A stretch of 64,000 bases of DNA. It comes from Gracilinanus agilis. Its lineage: Eukaryota. Location: contig NC_058130.1 of NCBI RefSeq assembly GCF_016433145.1, positions 729,318,586 to 729,382,585 of the forward strand. Reading direction: 5' to 3'. How positions within the stretch are numbered: position 1 is the first letter of the stretch; the number at the start of each line of letters is the position of its first letter. A program made the position numbers and the translations under genes. This document shows positions 1-12,180 of the stretch, one piece after another. The notes under the pieces were generated by a model that saw only the letters and a program-made list of their open reading frames with translations, was not told the DNA's origin and searched no databases.

Positions 1-2110
1 TGCATTTCCTTTGATCCAGAAATACCACTACTGGCTCTGTATCCAAAAAAAATATTTTTTATAATGAGAAAGGACCTGTTTGTACAAAAATATTTGTAGC
101 TACTCTCTTTGTGGTGGCAAAGAATTAGAAACTAAAAGAATTCCCTCAATTGGGGATTGGCTGAACAAATTGTGGTATATGATCGTGATGGAATACTACT
201 GTGCTATAAGATATGATGAACAGGATGATTTCAGAAAGAGCTGGAAAGACCTACATGAACTGATGAAGAATGAAATAAGCCTCACCAGGAAAACATTTTC
301 AGTAACAACAATACTGTGCAATGATCCAATGTGATAGACTTTGCTACTAATAGAACAATCCAGGACAATTCTTTTTTTTCCTCCCTCTCGCTATATCTCT
401 TAGGAAATATCTCTTTGTAAAAGTTTTTTTTTTCCTTTTTTTAAATTTAGAATGTTTTTCCATGGTTACATGATTCATTATCTCCCCCACCCCCCACCCT
501 CCGGCTCTTTCCTCCCCCTTCCCAAATCCCACAAGCAATTCCGCTGGGTTATACATATATCATTGTTCAAAACCTATTTCTATGTTATTCATATCTGCAG
601 TAGAGCAATCCTTTAACATCAAAACCCTAATCATATCCCTATCACACTACATAATTGATCACATATTTTTCTAATGCATTTCCATTTCCACAGTTCTTTC
701 TCTGGATGTGGACAGCATTCTTCCTCACAAATTCCTCTGAATTGTCCTGGGTCATTGCATTGCTGCTAGTAGAAAAGTCCATTGAATTTGATTGTGCCAT
801 AATGTATCAGTCTCTGTGTTCAGTGTTTTCTAGTTCTACTCCTTTTGCTCTGTGTCAATTCCTGGAGGTGATTTCAATTTGCATGGAATTCCTCCAGTTC
901 TTTATTCCTTTCAGCACAATAATATTCCATCACCAACATATACTACAATTTATTCAGTCATTCCCCAATCAATGAACACCCCATCATTATCAATTTTTTG
1001 CTACCACAAAGAGCATGGCTATAAATATTTTTGTACAAGTTTTTTTCCTTATTATCTCTTTGGGGTACAAACCCAGCAGTGGTATGGCTGGGTCAAGGGT
1101 AGGCATTCCTTTAAGGCCCTTTGCATATAATTCCAAATTGCCCTCCAGAATGGTTGGACCAATTCATAACTCTACCAGCAGTGTATTAGTGTCCCAATTT
1201 TGCCACATCCTCTCCAACATTTAGCACTTTCCTTTGTTGCCATATTGGTCAGTCTTCTAGGTATAAAGTGGTACCTCAGAATTGTTTTGATTATAATTTA
1301 TCTAATTATCTAATTATAAGAGATTTAGAACACTTTTTCATGTGTTTATTGATAGTTTTGATTTCTTCCTGTGAAAACTGCATATTCATGACCCTTGGCC
1401 ATGCCAAGTAGAGAATGGCTTGATTTTTTTGTAAATTTGACTTAATTCCTTATATATTTGGGAAATTAAACCTTTGTCAGAGTTTTGTTATAAAAATGTT
1501 CCCCCAGTTTGTTACTTTCCTTCTAATTTTGGTTGCATTGGTTTTGTTTGTTCAAAACCTTTTTAATTTGATATGATCAAAGTCATTCATTTTAAATGTT
1601 GCAATGTTCTCTAGCTCTTGTGTGGTCTTAAATTCCTTCCTTTCCCACAGATCTGACAGGTATACTATTCTATGTTCACCTAATTTATTTATGATTTCAC
1701 TCTTTATATTTGTCATATACCCATTTTGAATTTATCTTGCTATAGGGGATTCAGGACAATTCTGAGGGATTTATGAAAAAGATTGCTTTCCACTCCAGAG
1801 AAAGAATTGTTGGAGTAAAATGCGGGTGGAAGCATATGATTTTTCACTTGTTTATTTGGATTTATGTTTTAGGGTTTTGGTTTTATAAGATTATTAACTT
1901 TAAAAAATATATGGAGCCATGTTTTATGTAATAATATATATATAACCCAGATTGAATTGCTTACCAGCTCTGGGAAGGGGAAGGGAAGAAGGGAGAGAGA
2001 CAATTTGGATCATATAACTTCAGAAAACTCACGTGAAAATTTGTTATTAAAAATAAATATAATTTAAAATAAATAAGTAAATAAACAATTTAAGAATAGA
2101 ATAAAAATAA
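1..2110 (+). mobile_element. L1 LINE 3' portion (ORF2 end and 3' UTR), split by a nested L1 at 373-1751
   Basis: Marsupial L1 motifs (aattggggattggctgaacaaattgtggtatat; gatggaatactactgtgctataag). Resumes at 1752 and ends in an A-rich tail. Confidence 0.85.
373..1751 (-). mobile_element. 5'-truncated L1 nested in another L1
   Basis: Poly-T start and reverse-complement L1 3' UTR/ORF2. 12-bp TSD CAGGACAATTCT at 361-372 and 1752-1763. Confidence 0.85.
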
Positions 2111-2292
2111 ATAAATAGAACACCTCTTGGAAATAGGATTATGGAATAATGAACAATCATTGAACCATAGCCCTCCTCTTGCTCTACCTATCCAATGGTG
2201 GAAATCCTAGAATGAGGTTTTCCTGATCCCAGATATTATCTATCAAAATATTTTAACCCTGCTTACCTAGCCCTTGCCCTTCTGTCTCAAAA

Positions 2293-2671
2293 TGTTAGTA
2301 AGAGATGTTAAAACTGAATTAAAACTCTAGTCCTTAATTTCCATAGAGTTTATTAATATTTATTTGAGAAAAAGAAGGCAGACAATAGAAAGCTATTCTG
2401 AACTAGCCATGTGGGTGCTCTTCTCATGGCTCTCTCAGCCCATGTTCTTTCACTGCCATGTCCAAGGGAATAGATAGTCTAGAGCCAGAAAGAGAGAGAG
2501 AGAGAGCTCCTTCCTGGAACTCCCTCTTTTATTCCTTCACTTAACCCCAGATCCTTAATCTGATCCTTTCCTGGTCATGTGCCTAGGTCACTGTCCCCAT
2601 GATCCATGCTGGATGGCAGGGAAGCAGGTCAGACCTAAATGCAGAATCCTGGGAGGGGGATTCCCTTCACA
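2293..2671 (-). mobile_element. Solo LTR (ERV), inserted in a SINE tail
   Basis: TG...CA termini. TTTATT (reverse AATAAA) and CTTTTATT TATA-like signals in antisense order. Confidence 0.55.
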
Positions 2672-2926
2672 CAGAGAAAATATGAGTTTAAAAATGTAGA
2701 TATGTATCAATATCTCTATCTATATTATATAAATATAATATCTCTATCTACATCCATATCTCTATCTGTTTATACCCTAGGATTTTGGCTAGACACTAGG
2801 GACAGAATGAAAATCAGGGATCAAAGGTTTTATTGGGAAATACATGCAACAAGTATGTGGATAAATAAAAATAAGAGAAACTAAGGAAATAGGGCATGCA
2901 AACAAGAGGATCAGAAAATGGCTCTA

Positions 2927-3781
2927 AAATGCAAATCAAAACAACTTTGAGGTACCACCTCACACCTAGCAGATTGGCTAATATGACAGCAAAGGAAAGT
3001 AATACATGTTGGAGGGATTGTGGCAAACTTGGGACAGCATTAGCATTGCTGGTGGAGCTGTGAATTGATCCAACCATTCTGGAAGGCAATCTGGAATTAT
3101 GCCCAAAGGGCTTTAAAATACTACCTGCTCTTTGGTCCAGCAATACCACTATTAGGTTTGTACCCTAAATAGATAATAAAAAATATTGTACAAAAATATT
3201 CATAGCTGCATTCTTTGTGGTGGCAAAAAATTGGAAAATGAGGAGATGCCCTTTGATTGGGGAATGGCTAAACAAATTGTGGTATCTGTTGGTGATGGAA
3301 TACTATTGTGCTCAAAGAAATAATGAACTGGAGGAATTCCATGTGAACTAGAACAACCTCCAGGAACTGATTCAGAGTAAAAGGAGCAGAACCTGGAGAG
3401 CATTGTACACAGAGATGAATACATTGGCACAATTGAATGTAATGGACTTCTCTACTAGCAGCGATGCAATGATCCAGGACAATTCTGAGGGACTTATGAG
3501 AAAGAACGCTATCCACTTCCAGAGAAAGAACTGTGGGAGCAGAAACACAGAAGAAAAACATCTCCTTAATTACATGGTTTGATGGGGATATGATTGGGGA
3601 TGGAGACTCTAAACGATCACTGTAGTGCAAAAATTAATAATATGGAAATAGGTCTTGATCAATGATACATGTAAAACCCAGTGGAATTGCTCATTGGCTA
3701 TGGGAGGGAAGAGGGAAAGAACATAATCATGTAACCATGGGAAAATATTCTAAATTAATAAATAAATAATTTTTAAAAGAA
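2927..3781 (+). mobile_element. 5'-truncated L1
   Basis: L1 ORF2 end and 3' UTR. Perfect 14-bp TSD AGAAAATGGCTCTA at 2913-2926 and 3782-3795. Confidence 0.9.
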
Positions 3782-3993
3782 AGAAAATGGCTCTAGTCTG
3801 CCATCCTGATGCTCAAGCTATGCCCTGATAGAAGTGAAATATGAATCTGAATACCTTGAAGGACCAATCTTTATTAATGGGTGGAATGCTTTTTTTTCCT
3901 GCAAGGCAAAGAAAATAGAGAAATCAAAATGAAAGTTTTTATTTTAAAATAAAATATTATCTGCTTGTAATTCTTATTTAAAGTGCTCATACA

Positions 3994-4200
3994 GAGGACA
4001 GTTGGGTTGCTCAGTGGATTGAGAGCCAGGCCCAGAGAAAGGAGATCCTGGGTTCAAATGTGACCTCAGACACTTCCTAGCTGTGTGACCCTGGGCAAGT
4101 CCTTTAATCCCCATTGCCTAGCCCTTACTGCTCTTCTGTCTTGGAACCAATACACAGTATTGGTTCCAAGACAGAAGGTAAAGGGTTTAAAAAAAAAAAA
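3994..4200 (+). mobile_element. SINE1_Mdo-type tRNA-derived SINE
   Basis: gctcagtggattgagagccaggcc...gtgtgaccctgggcaagtc...aagggtttaaaaaa, with a degenerate TSD. Confidence 0.88.
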
Positions 4201-4479
4201 ATTAAAGTGTTCTTACACATATAGGAGAATTTATAGCAAATTATCTTAAATTTATATTAAAACTAAGTGATTTTTAAATGATTGCATCAAGCAATGAAAT
4301 TGATTAGTGTGGTCCTTCTGGTGTGAAATACCAAGCAGGGAAAGAAGAGTTTGAATGAGCTTAGCCTCAACTGTCTTTCTACCTGACAGTCACCAGGGGG
4401 CATGCATGGGCTTTAGCAGGCACCCTGGAACCTGCTGACCTATCTGCTTCTCCAAGAAAAAGGGAGAGCCTAGGAGTGA

Positions 4480-4810
4480 GAGCTGAAAGGGACCTCAGAA
4501 GTCCTCTCTTCCCTCCTCCCTTTATTCCAGAGGGGAAGTCCAAAGTCCAGAGAAAAGAAATGGCTTACTGAAGTCACATGAGAAATAGTCATTAGCATTT
4601 GTGTAAGGCTTTCAGGTTTGCATAGTGTTTTACATAGTTTCACTTGTTTGAGCCTCACAACTGTTCTCTAAGTCAAATACTACAGGTATTAATGGCCCCA
4701 TTTTACAGATGAAAAAACTGAGGCTCAGAAAGATGATGCAGCTTCTCTAGGATTACACAGCTAGGTAAGTGTCTGAGGCTAGATTCAAACTCAAATCATT
4801 CTAATCCTAA
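4480..4810 (-). mobile_element. MIR/CORE-SINE fragments
   Basis: ccccattttacagatgaaaaaactgaggctcaga core motif. Confidence 0.75.
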
Positions 4811-4892
4811 ATCCAGAATTCTATCCACCCTACCTATTGTAGGAAGCACCAAAGTCAGCAGATTTCTATCAAGTGTCAGGGCTAAAGAAGGG

Positions 4893-5270
4893 CTTTTTCT
4901 CTCAGCGATGCAATATTCTTGGACAATTCTGAAGGACTTATAAAGGGGGATGCCATCCACCTCCAGAGAAAGAACCATTGGAGTCAGACAGATGCAGATC
5001 AAAGCCTACTATCTTTCATGTCAGTTTATCTACGGTTTTATTTGGGGGTTTTGGTTTTGTAGGAGTGTGCTATTGCAAAAATGACCAACATGGAAATATG
5101 TTTACCATAATAATATGTGCATGGCCCAGGTGAAACTGCTTACCATCTCTGAGTAGGGAGAGGGAAGGGAGGGAGATGGTTTGGATCTTATAATGGTAGG
5201 TAACAAATGTTGAGAATATCATTACATGTAATTGGGAAAATAAAATATCTTTGAATCAAAAAAAAAAGGA
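4893..5270 (+). mobile_element. L1 3' end fragment
   Basis: L1 3' UTR with G-rich tract and A tail. Confidence 0.75.
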
Positions 5271-5406
5271 GAGCTCTTAAAAATTATATATTTAAAGTCC
5301 CTTGCAAACCTTAAAAGCTATCCGTTATGAGGCAGTTGGGTAGCAGGGAGAGTATATAGATCTTTAGAGGGAGGAACAACTCAGTTCAAACACTGCCTCA
5401 AGAATG

Positions 5407-5595
5407 TGTTGGTGGGAGCCAGCTCATATCGACTCTCAAAGCTGATTGTTAAATTTTCAGTACAGGCATTTACACCTCAGAAATCAGCAAATGCTACAAA
5501 TCAGGGCTTAGTTTATTGTTTTGTTAATTATCTAGCTTTAAGAAAAAAGATGGAGAAAATTTTAATAAAGAGTTTAAACTTAAAAGTGTGTCCTG
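5407..5595 (+). mobile_element. MER63-like hAT DNA transposon fragment (second copy about 34735-34875)
   Basis: gaaatcagcaaatgctacaaatcagggcttagtttattgttttg resembles the recalled MER63 consensus. Confidence 0.6.
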
Positions 5596-5596
5596 C

Positions 5597-5955
5597 AGTG
5601 GCAGCTAAGTGGCTTAGTGGATTTAGAGCCAGGCCTGGAGTCAGGATTCAAATCTTCCTAGCTGTGTGACCTTGAGCAAGTCACCTAAACCCCAATGTCT
5701 AACTCTCCTGCCTTAGAACCAATACCTAGTATCAATTCTTTAAAACAAAACAAAACAAAAAAACAAAACACCTCATATTCTGCCTTAGAATCAATACTAA
5801 GTATCTCTTCCAAGACAGAAGAATAAGGGGTAGGTAAATAGGGTTAAATGACTTGCCCAGGGTCACACAACTAGAATGTGCCTGAGGCCAGATTTTAACC
5901 CAGGACCTCCCATCTCTATGCCTATCTCTCTATCCACTGTACTACCTACCTGCCT
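5597..5955. mobile_element. Two adjacent SINEs in opposite orientation (+ about 5597-5760; - about 5770-5955)
   Basis: SINE head/core motifs on each strand. Confidence 0.75.
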
Positions 5956-8303
5956 CTTAGTATGGATTCTAAAATAGAACATAAGGATTTTTTTTTAATG
6001 ATTATCCTGCCTCTATGTACTTTTACCAGTACATCTCTGCCTCAGATATTTATGAGCTGAGTAACCCTGAATGAGTTACTTAACTTCTAGGAGCCTCAGT
6101 TTTCCCAGCTATAAAATGGAGATAATAGTACCTGCCTCCCTACCTCTAGAGTTGTGGAGGGGATCAAATGAAATAACATACATAAAAGGTTTTGCAAACC
6201 TTAAAGAACTATATAAAAGCTAGGTATGATGATTAATTTTTTTTTGCTTTTTTATTTTTTTTAACATTCATTTTCAAATTTTGAGTTTCAAATTCTTTCC
6301 CTCTTTCCTGGCCCTCTCCAACCCATTGAGAAAGCACTCACTATACACGTGAAGTCATGTAAAACATATTTCCATATTTATCTGTGATTATTATCAAAAT
6401 CACTATCTGTGGCATTGTCCCCATCTTGGAGATGAGAAAGCTGAGGCCCAGAGAGGGAATAAAAATAAAGGAGAATGGGAAGGGAGATAGAAGGAATCAA
6501 GTAAGAGTTTAGAGCAAGTGACCGAGTTGGATTCAAACACAAATCCTTTGACTTCAGATCCAATGCTCTTTTTACTGTCAATCAGCATTGATGAAGCACT
6601 TGCTGTATGCTAGGCACTGTGCTAATAAGCACTGAATATACAAAGAAGCGCCCAGCACTTTTGATTCGTTTTTCTAGCACCTAAGGGCTCACAAGGTCCT
6701 TATCTCAGAAATCTGTTGGGGTAGATGGTGACACTCTATTTTATGACAGAAGAAACTAGAGCTGAGAGAAGGCAACTAACCCATATCCTCCCAGGCAGGA
6801 AGGTTCAGAAGAGGGATTATTACACCCCCAGGTCTTCAGCATCTTCAGTGGAGAATACCTACCTCAACCTTTTTAGTTTATCTTTGGTTTCAGTTCAAAT
6901 TTATGCACTGCCTAACCAGAAAGCATCTCATGGAGATCTAATAACATCAGAACCCTCAATGAGGTGTTTGTCTGAAACAGAAATCTTTGCTCTCCACCCA
7001 GACATGAGAAAAGGAAAGGCTTCTTCTTGGGGATGCTCTGCTTGGCTTTTGTTGACTAGGTGTGACAGCTGTGGCTTAAGAGCTATCAAGCCTGCCCTTG
7101 TCAGGGAGAGGTTTTGGCAACTTTACCCTAGCTGACTGAAAAGAAGATGGCTTGATTAGCCCAGTAAAGATGATCCCAGCAGAGACATTGTGACCAGTTC
7201 AGGAAGGAAAACACAATGATCTCACCGGAGACCCTGGAGTGGCAGAGATACAAATTTTCTTTCCACACACACTGATCATGTGTAACTTCTTAGGCATACT
7301 CACTCTCCCTACTGATAGTGTATATATTGGGGGAAACTATGTACTCTAAGCTTATATTCCATTGCAAATGAATTAATGTAATTTTGCAGACTTTCTATGC
7401 TATTTCATAACTGAATAATCTTGAAAAATAACCAAAATAGTCATGGAATAGTTTAGAGTTAATTTGAAAAGAATTCTCCAATTCATTGGCCCTTCAGGGA
7501 GTCATCCATACTTGGCTCTGGCTGGGGAACATTTTTATTAGCAACTTGGATAAAGTTATAGATGATGCACCGAGTAAAGACTTGATTAAAGGCAGCTAGG
7601 TGGACACCTCCTAATTGTGTGACCCTGGACAAGTCCCTTAATCCCCATTTTATTACCTTACTGCTCTTCTGCTTTGGAATTGATACTTGGAATCCATGCT
7701 AAGACAGAAGGCCAAGGTTTTTTTGTTTTGTTTTGTTTTTTAAATAAATGAATAAGAAAGACCTGGTCAGACTAGAACATAAATCTACGAGGGATAAATA
7801 TAAAGTCGTATGCTACAGTTCAAGTAATCAACTTCATAAGTCCAAACAGAGGCATAACTAGATAAATAACATGGGGTTTTTCAGCAAACTCTACGTCAGT
7901 GAAGTGACATTGAAGCCAAAAATGGAAATGTGATCTTGGTCTGCAATGAGAGGCCCAGCTTCCTAGAATAACAACTCCACTGTCCTCTGCCTGGGTCAGA
8001 TCACATTTGGGGTATTGTGTTCCTATGTGGACACTACAGTTTAAGAACCCTGATAAGCTGGAGAACTTTTGGAGAGGGAAACCAGGATAAGGAAGGAACT
8101 GAAGTCCAAGCTATATGGAGAATGGTTGAAGGAAATAGATCTATTTTTAAATAAGAATAATAGCATTTATATCATGCTTGCTATGTGCCAGGCATTTTGC
8201 TGAGTGTTTTATAAATATTATTAAAGCACCATATAAATGTTATTATTCGTATTATTGGTGGTTTCACTCTTAGTGGACATCTCCAAGTGAAAATTTGCAC
8301 AAA

Positions 8304-8510
8304 GGGGGCATCTGGGTGGCTCAGTGGATTGAGAGCCAGGCCTAGAGATGGGAGGTCCTGGGTTCAAATCTGACCTCAGACACTTCCTAGCTGTGTGACC
8401 CTGGGCAAGTCATTTGGCCCCCATTGCCTAGCCCTTAGCATTCTTCTGCCTTAGAGCCAATATACAGTATTGAGTCCTAAGAAGGAAGGTACGGGTTTAA
8501 AAAAATAAAA
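8304..8510 (+). mobile_element. SINE1_Mdo-type SINE
   Basis: Full length. TSD AAAA(T/C)TTGCACAAA. Confidence 0.9.
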
Positions 8511-8667
8511 GAAGAAAACTTGCACAAATTCACAGATTATGTTATAGTAGGGATTTTTTCAGAGTGTGAACTAAATGAGATTGAAGTCTCTTCCAATTCT
8601 GAAATTTTAAGATTTTGGGATACTGAGTCAAAAAGAAATGTAAGTTAGTCTATAAGCAAATGCTTTT

Positions 8668-8870
8668 TTATTTATTTTAAACACTTACCTTCTTCTTAGA
8701 ATTGATACTTGGAATCAGTTTTAAGGCAGATAAGTGGGAAGGGCTAGGCAACTGTGGGCTAAGTGACTTGCCCAGAGTCACATGTCTAGGAAGTCTCTGA
8801 GGCTAGATTTGAACCCAGTACCTTTAGCCTCTAGACCTGGCTCTCTAGCCACTTGAGCCACCTAGCCACC
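8668..8870 (-). mobile_element. SINE (opossum type)
   Basis: Reverse-complement SINE head and core. Confidence 0.8.
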
Positions 8871-9109
8871 CCCATATTGGTTTCTGATGTTGAAGCATCT
8901 GATATGTAGGACTTTGTCATAAAGCCAAGTCCCTTCACCATAAGAATTTCCTTTTCCCTGAACAAGGGTCTTTAAGCTTATCCTATCTTAAAGTTGGCTG
9001 CAGTCAGCCAGTTGGTCAGTCAGTCAACAACCGTTTACTAAGCACCTACTATATACTCTCCACTGTACTAAGCACTGGCTATACAAGGAAAAGCAAAAAT
9101 AGAGTGTCC

Positions 9110-9683
9110 TCAAATAGGTCCCAGGTTCGGGACAGGTGTCCTTTGCAAGAATGCAAGACTCCAAAACTTAGCTCAAAAATAAAAAGAGAAATTTCTTAAT
9201 TTGATAGTAATGTTGAAAGGTCAGGAGACAGGTACAAGAATGGTCACTGCCTCCTCAAGGAGATGGATTCTGGGCTTCTTATACTCTTTTGACAATGGGG
9301 GCTACCTGACCAAGGATGAGGGAATGGAATGAGGTTGGGCAGAAGAGGGAATGTTTGTCACTTGACTGAGGCTAGAGTGAAGTTTTGTATCCTGAAGACA
9401 AAGGAGGTGAATGGGCATAGTTTAGGGGACAAGTAAATGTCCTAGATTACAGTCCGATGGTATCAGAGTATAACTTATACAGATATCTGTATCCATTTCA
9501 AAATCCAGAGGAATATTTCTCTTAGGGGTCTTTCCTTATTGTGAGTCTCTGATGCCCAGAGTCACCTTTTCCTCAGCATTAACAAGAATGCAAGGAAGAA
9601 AAGGAATTTTCCTGCTTTCTGTTTGACCCGGAACACCTCTAGGGTTTGGGTGTCCAAGGGAAACCCCAGGGCCCCATGCCACA
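9110..9683 (-). mobile_element. Solo LTR, same family as 48596-49270
   Basis: Shares aacttagct(c/t)aaaaataaaaagagaaat, ttatactcttt, catagtttaggggaca, gatggtatca, aaggaattt(t/c)cctgcttt and the end ccatgcca with the second copy. Confidence 0.7.
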
Positions 9684-9711
9684 TCCATCCATCCATCCAT
9701 CCATCCATCCA
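9682..9711. repeat. (CATC)n microsatellite
   Basis: About 7 tandem CATC units. Confidence 0.95.
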
Positions 9712-10264
9712 ATTGAACAACCAACCTTAGCCTGGAATGCATAGATTTGGGATTGGAAGTCCTGGATTTAAATCCCAGATCTTCCACCTCAATCCCTCTG
9801 GGACCTAGTTTCCTTATCTGTAAAATTAAGGGGAAAGAAGGGGATAAGAGGTTGTGGTTAGAGTAAATAATCTCTAAAGGTCTTTCCAGCTTTAAGTATA
9901 CGATATTTATCATCTAGCGATTCAGGACCTGGGAGAAGGGGTGAGATCTGACTGATATTAATTGGAGGGTTCTCTGAAAATACACCCTTCTTGAGTTTTC
10001 TGGGAGCAGAATCTGAGGGGAGTACCCCGGAGAGAGGAGGGATGTGTACTTAAGGGTGTTAGAATTTCTGGGGCTGCTCTGGGAATAGGGTCTGAAGAGT
10101 CCGCAGGTTTGGGGAATGTTACTCTAAGGACAGAGTCTAGGGGCGGCAAGGTCTGAGATGAATAAAATGAAGAGAAAGCCAGGACTGTGGGATAGGCTAG
10201 TGGGGAGAGAGGGATTTGAGGGAGCAGAACCCAAGAAGAGGATGGAAAGGGCATGATGAATCTC

Positions 10265-10700
10265 AGAACTGCAGAGCTCGAGGGGATCTCATCGCTCATC
10301 TAGTCCAACCCATACAGGAAAGGAACCCAAAAAGTGGTCTGTCATCTGGCCTCTGCTTGAGGAACTCTAAAGTGGGGGAAATGCACCGCCTTTTGAGGCA
10401 GCTCACTCCACTTTGGGACTTCACTAATGAGGAGGAGGTGTTTACTGAGATCAAGCTTAAGGAGCCTCATTGAAACTTCCATCCCTGGCTCCCTCCGGCA
10501 CCCTCGCCAACCAGGATAAGTCTCCACATGACAATTCTCCAAATATTTGAACACTTTGAACATTTGCCCTCAAGTCTTCACTTCTTCAAGATAAACACTA
10601 TCAGTTCCTTCATCTATTCAAATGATAGACTTAAATGGCCTTTCACCTCGCTGGTTGCCCTTGTCCAGAATTGAATACAATACTCCAGATGAGATCTGAT
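10265..10700 (-). mobile_element. CR1/L3 LINE 3' fragment
   Basis: tcatctagtccaacc...tggcctctgcttga...gaattgaatacaatactccagatgag, the reverse of the CR1 3' end. Confidence 0.7.
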
Positions 10701-10919
10701 GAAGGCAGAGGACAGTGGATTAGTAAATAGAGTAAAAGAGAGAATGAAAGAATGGGGAGTGTGTGCCAGATTATTGCGCGTAGGTGGGGAAAACCGACTT
10801 GGAGCCAATAAGCCCGGCATCACTTATTTTTGGACCTTGCTTCATTTAATTCCTTCAATCATTCATTCCATCAAACAGCCGCTGCTAGAATCTGTGCTGG
10901 CCCCTGCGATTTGGGGGCA

Positions 10920-11340
10920 AGAGCAGTGGGGTTCAATGGAGAATGACTGGGAGTCAGAGAACCTGCATTCAAATCCCAGGTCTCCCACTAATATGTGCCT
11001 TTTGGGCCAAGTTATTTCACTCCCCTGGTCTCAGTTTCCACAACTGTAAAAAGAGGGAGATCGGGTCGGACAAGGTGGGGTTGCCTCCCCTTCTTGAGCT
11101 AAATCGAAGGTGTTTTCCGGTCTGGCCTTCCCTCCCCAGGTCAGAGATAGAGGAAGTGGGAGGGCTGGGGAGGGACAGTCCCACTACTAATCAGCTGGAC
11201 GACCTTGGGCAACTTATTCACTTCCCTTCTCTGTACCTTGGTTTCCTTCTTTGTAAAAAGCGAGTAGGGGTATTGGGCTGGACTGGGCAGGATGATCTCT
11301 AAGGTTTTTTTCCCTAACTTTAGAAATCCTCCGAGCCTTC
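10920..11340 (+). mobile_element. Cluster of MIR fragments flanking the promoter
   Basis: Repeated gaccttgggcaa / tctcagtttcc / ctgtaaaa motifs. Confidence 0.7.
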
Positions 11341-11800
11341 TTTAATTTGAAAAACCGGCTGCTCCGCGCCGCGCCGCGCCGCCCCGCCCCGCCCAAGCCG
11401 ACTGGGGGACCAAGGGGCTGGCCCTTTAAGAAAAAGTAGATCCGGCCGATCTCCGTAAGGGGAACCGGGAAGAGACCGGGAGGGACGGGTCACGGGGTAA
11501 CTCCCCTCGGAGCGCTCCGCGGAGTTCGACGAGTTTCTTGGTAGTGAGTGGTGCCGCAACTCTCACGCGCGTGCGCAGCCGGGCGGTGGTTGGTCTGCGA
11601 ACCTGGGGGGCGTCGCGGAGCTGGAGCAGGTGAGAGGGGCGAGGCTGAGGTGTGGAAGCATCTGTGTTCTGACAGGCGTGGGGGCGGGGAGATGGGGAGA
11701 GGGAAAGAAGGATAGAGAGCACGCTGGGATCCCACCTTGGGGAAGGGGGTGTTTGTGGGGATCCGGTCACGCAGAGCCCTCTGGAAGGGCCTGGAGAAGG
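11340..11800 (+). promoter_or_regulatory. CpG-island promoter of MOB3A
   Basis: Dense CpG in a CpG-poor window. (CCGCG)n and tandem GC boxes CCCGCCCC at about 11365-11394. NRF1-type GCGCGTGCGCA at 11567-11577. No TATA box. Confidence 0.88.
11500..11629 (+). other. MOB3A: MOB3A non-coding exon 1 (5' end/TSS approximate)
   Basis: Lies in the only CpG island upstream of the CDS and ends at a consensus donor CAG|GTGAGA (GT at 11630). The TSS cannot be fixed from sequence. Confidence 0.7.
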
Positions 11801-11974
11801 GTCAACCTCCTTCCGAGAGAAGAGGAAGGAAGGTGCCCCTCAGTCTAGGGGAGCCCACCTCTGGGTTCAAGGCCAGGCTATATCCTCTTGGGCCATTCTT
11901 TCTCTTCTCTGGGCCTCAGTTTCCCCGACAGTAAAACAAACTGCCCCCTCCCACCGTATTTGAAGCGAGGGGTA

Positions 11975-12180
11975 AGGGGTTTGAACCGAATCGGTGACTC
12001 GGAAACTTGATTTTTAAAAACATTTTGGTACTTTTATTTTTTTTAATGTTTTTAAATTACTGAATTTTACAACAATTGGTTTCCTTTGTAATCCTGTGTA
12101 ATTTATTTTATGCCCCTAAAAACCTCATTCAGAGGAGGCTTCACCAGACCCACTGCCCCCTAAAAGTGAAGAACCCCTTG
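11975..12180 (+). mobile_element. MER5/Charlie-like hAT MITE (related copies about 34078-34262 and 39290-39415)
   Basis: aattggtttcctttgtaatcc...tttattttatg...aaaaac..attc..ag...ggcttcaccagac motif. Confidence 0.6.

Noticed and set aside
80-3630. Cluster of 60-120-aa ORFs
   Set aside because: All fall in sense or antisense L1 3' sequence. They are decayed ORF2/UTR, not genes.
3994-4060. tRNA-like A/B boxes at SINE heads throughout the window
   Set aside because: tRNA-derived SINE promoters with SINE bodies and tails, not tRNA genes.
6725-7135. 136-aa plus-strand ORF
   Set aside because: Begins in a MIR and has no recognisable domain or supporting exon chain on the plus strand.
10216-10823. 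ORFs upstream of the promoter considered as IZUMO4 candidates
   Set aside because: They overlap a CR1/L3 fragment and lack a signal peptide, CxxC or WW motif.
11214-11934. Overlapping ORFs on both strands at the CpG island
   Set aside because: GC-rich sequence has few stop codons. Low-complexity R/P/G translations with no recognisable homology.
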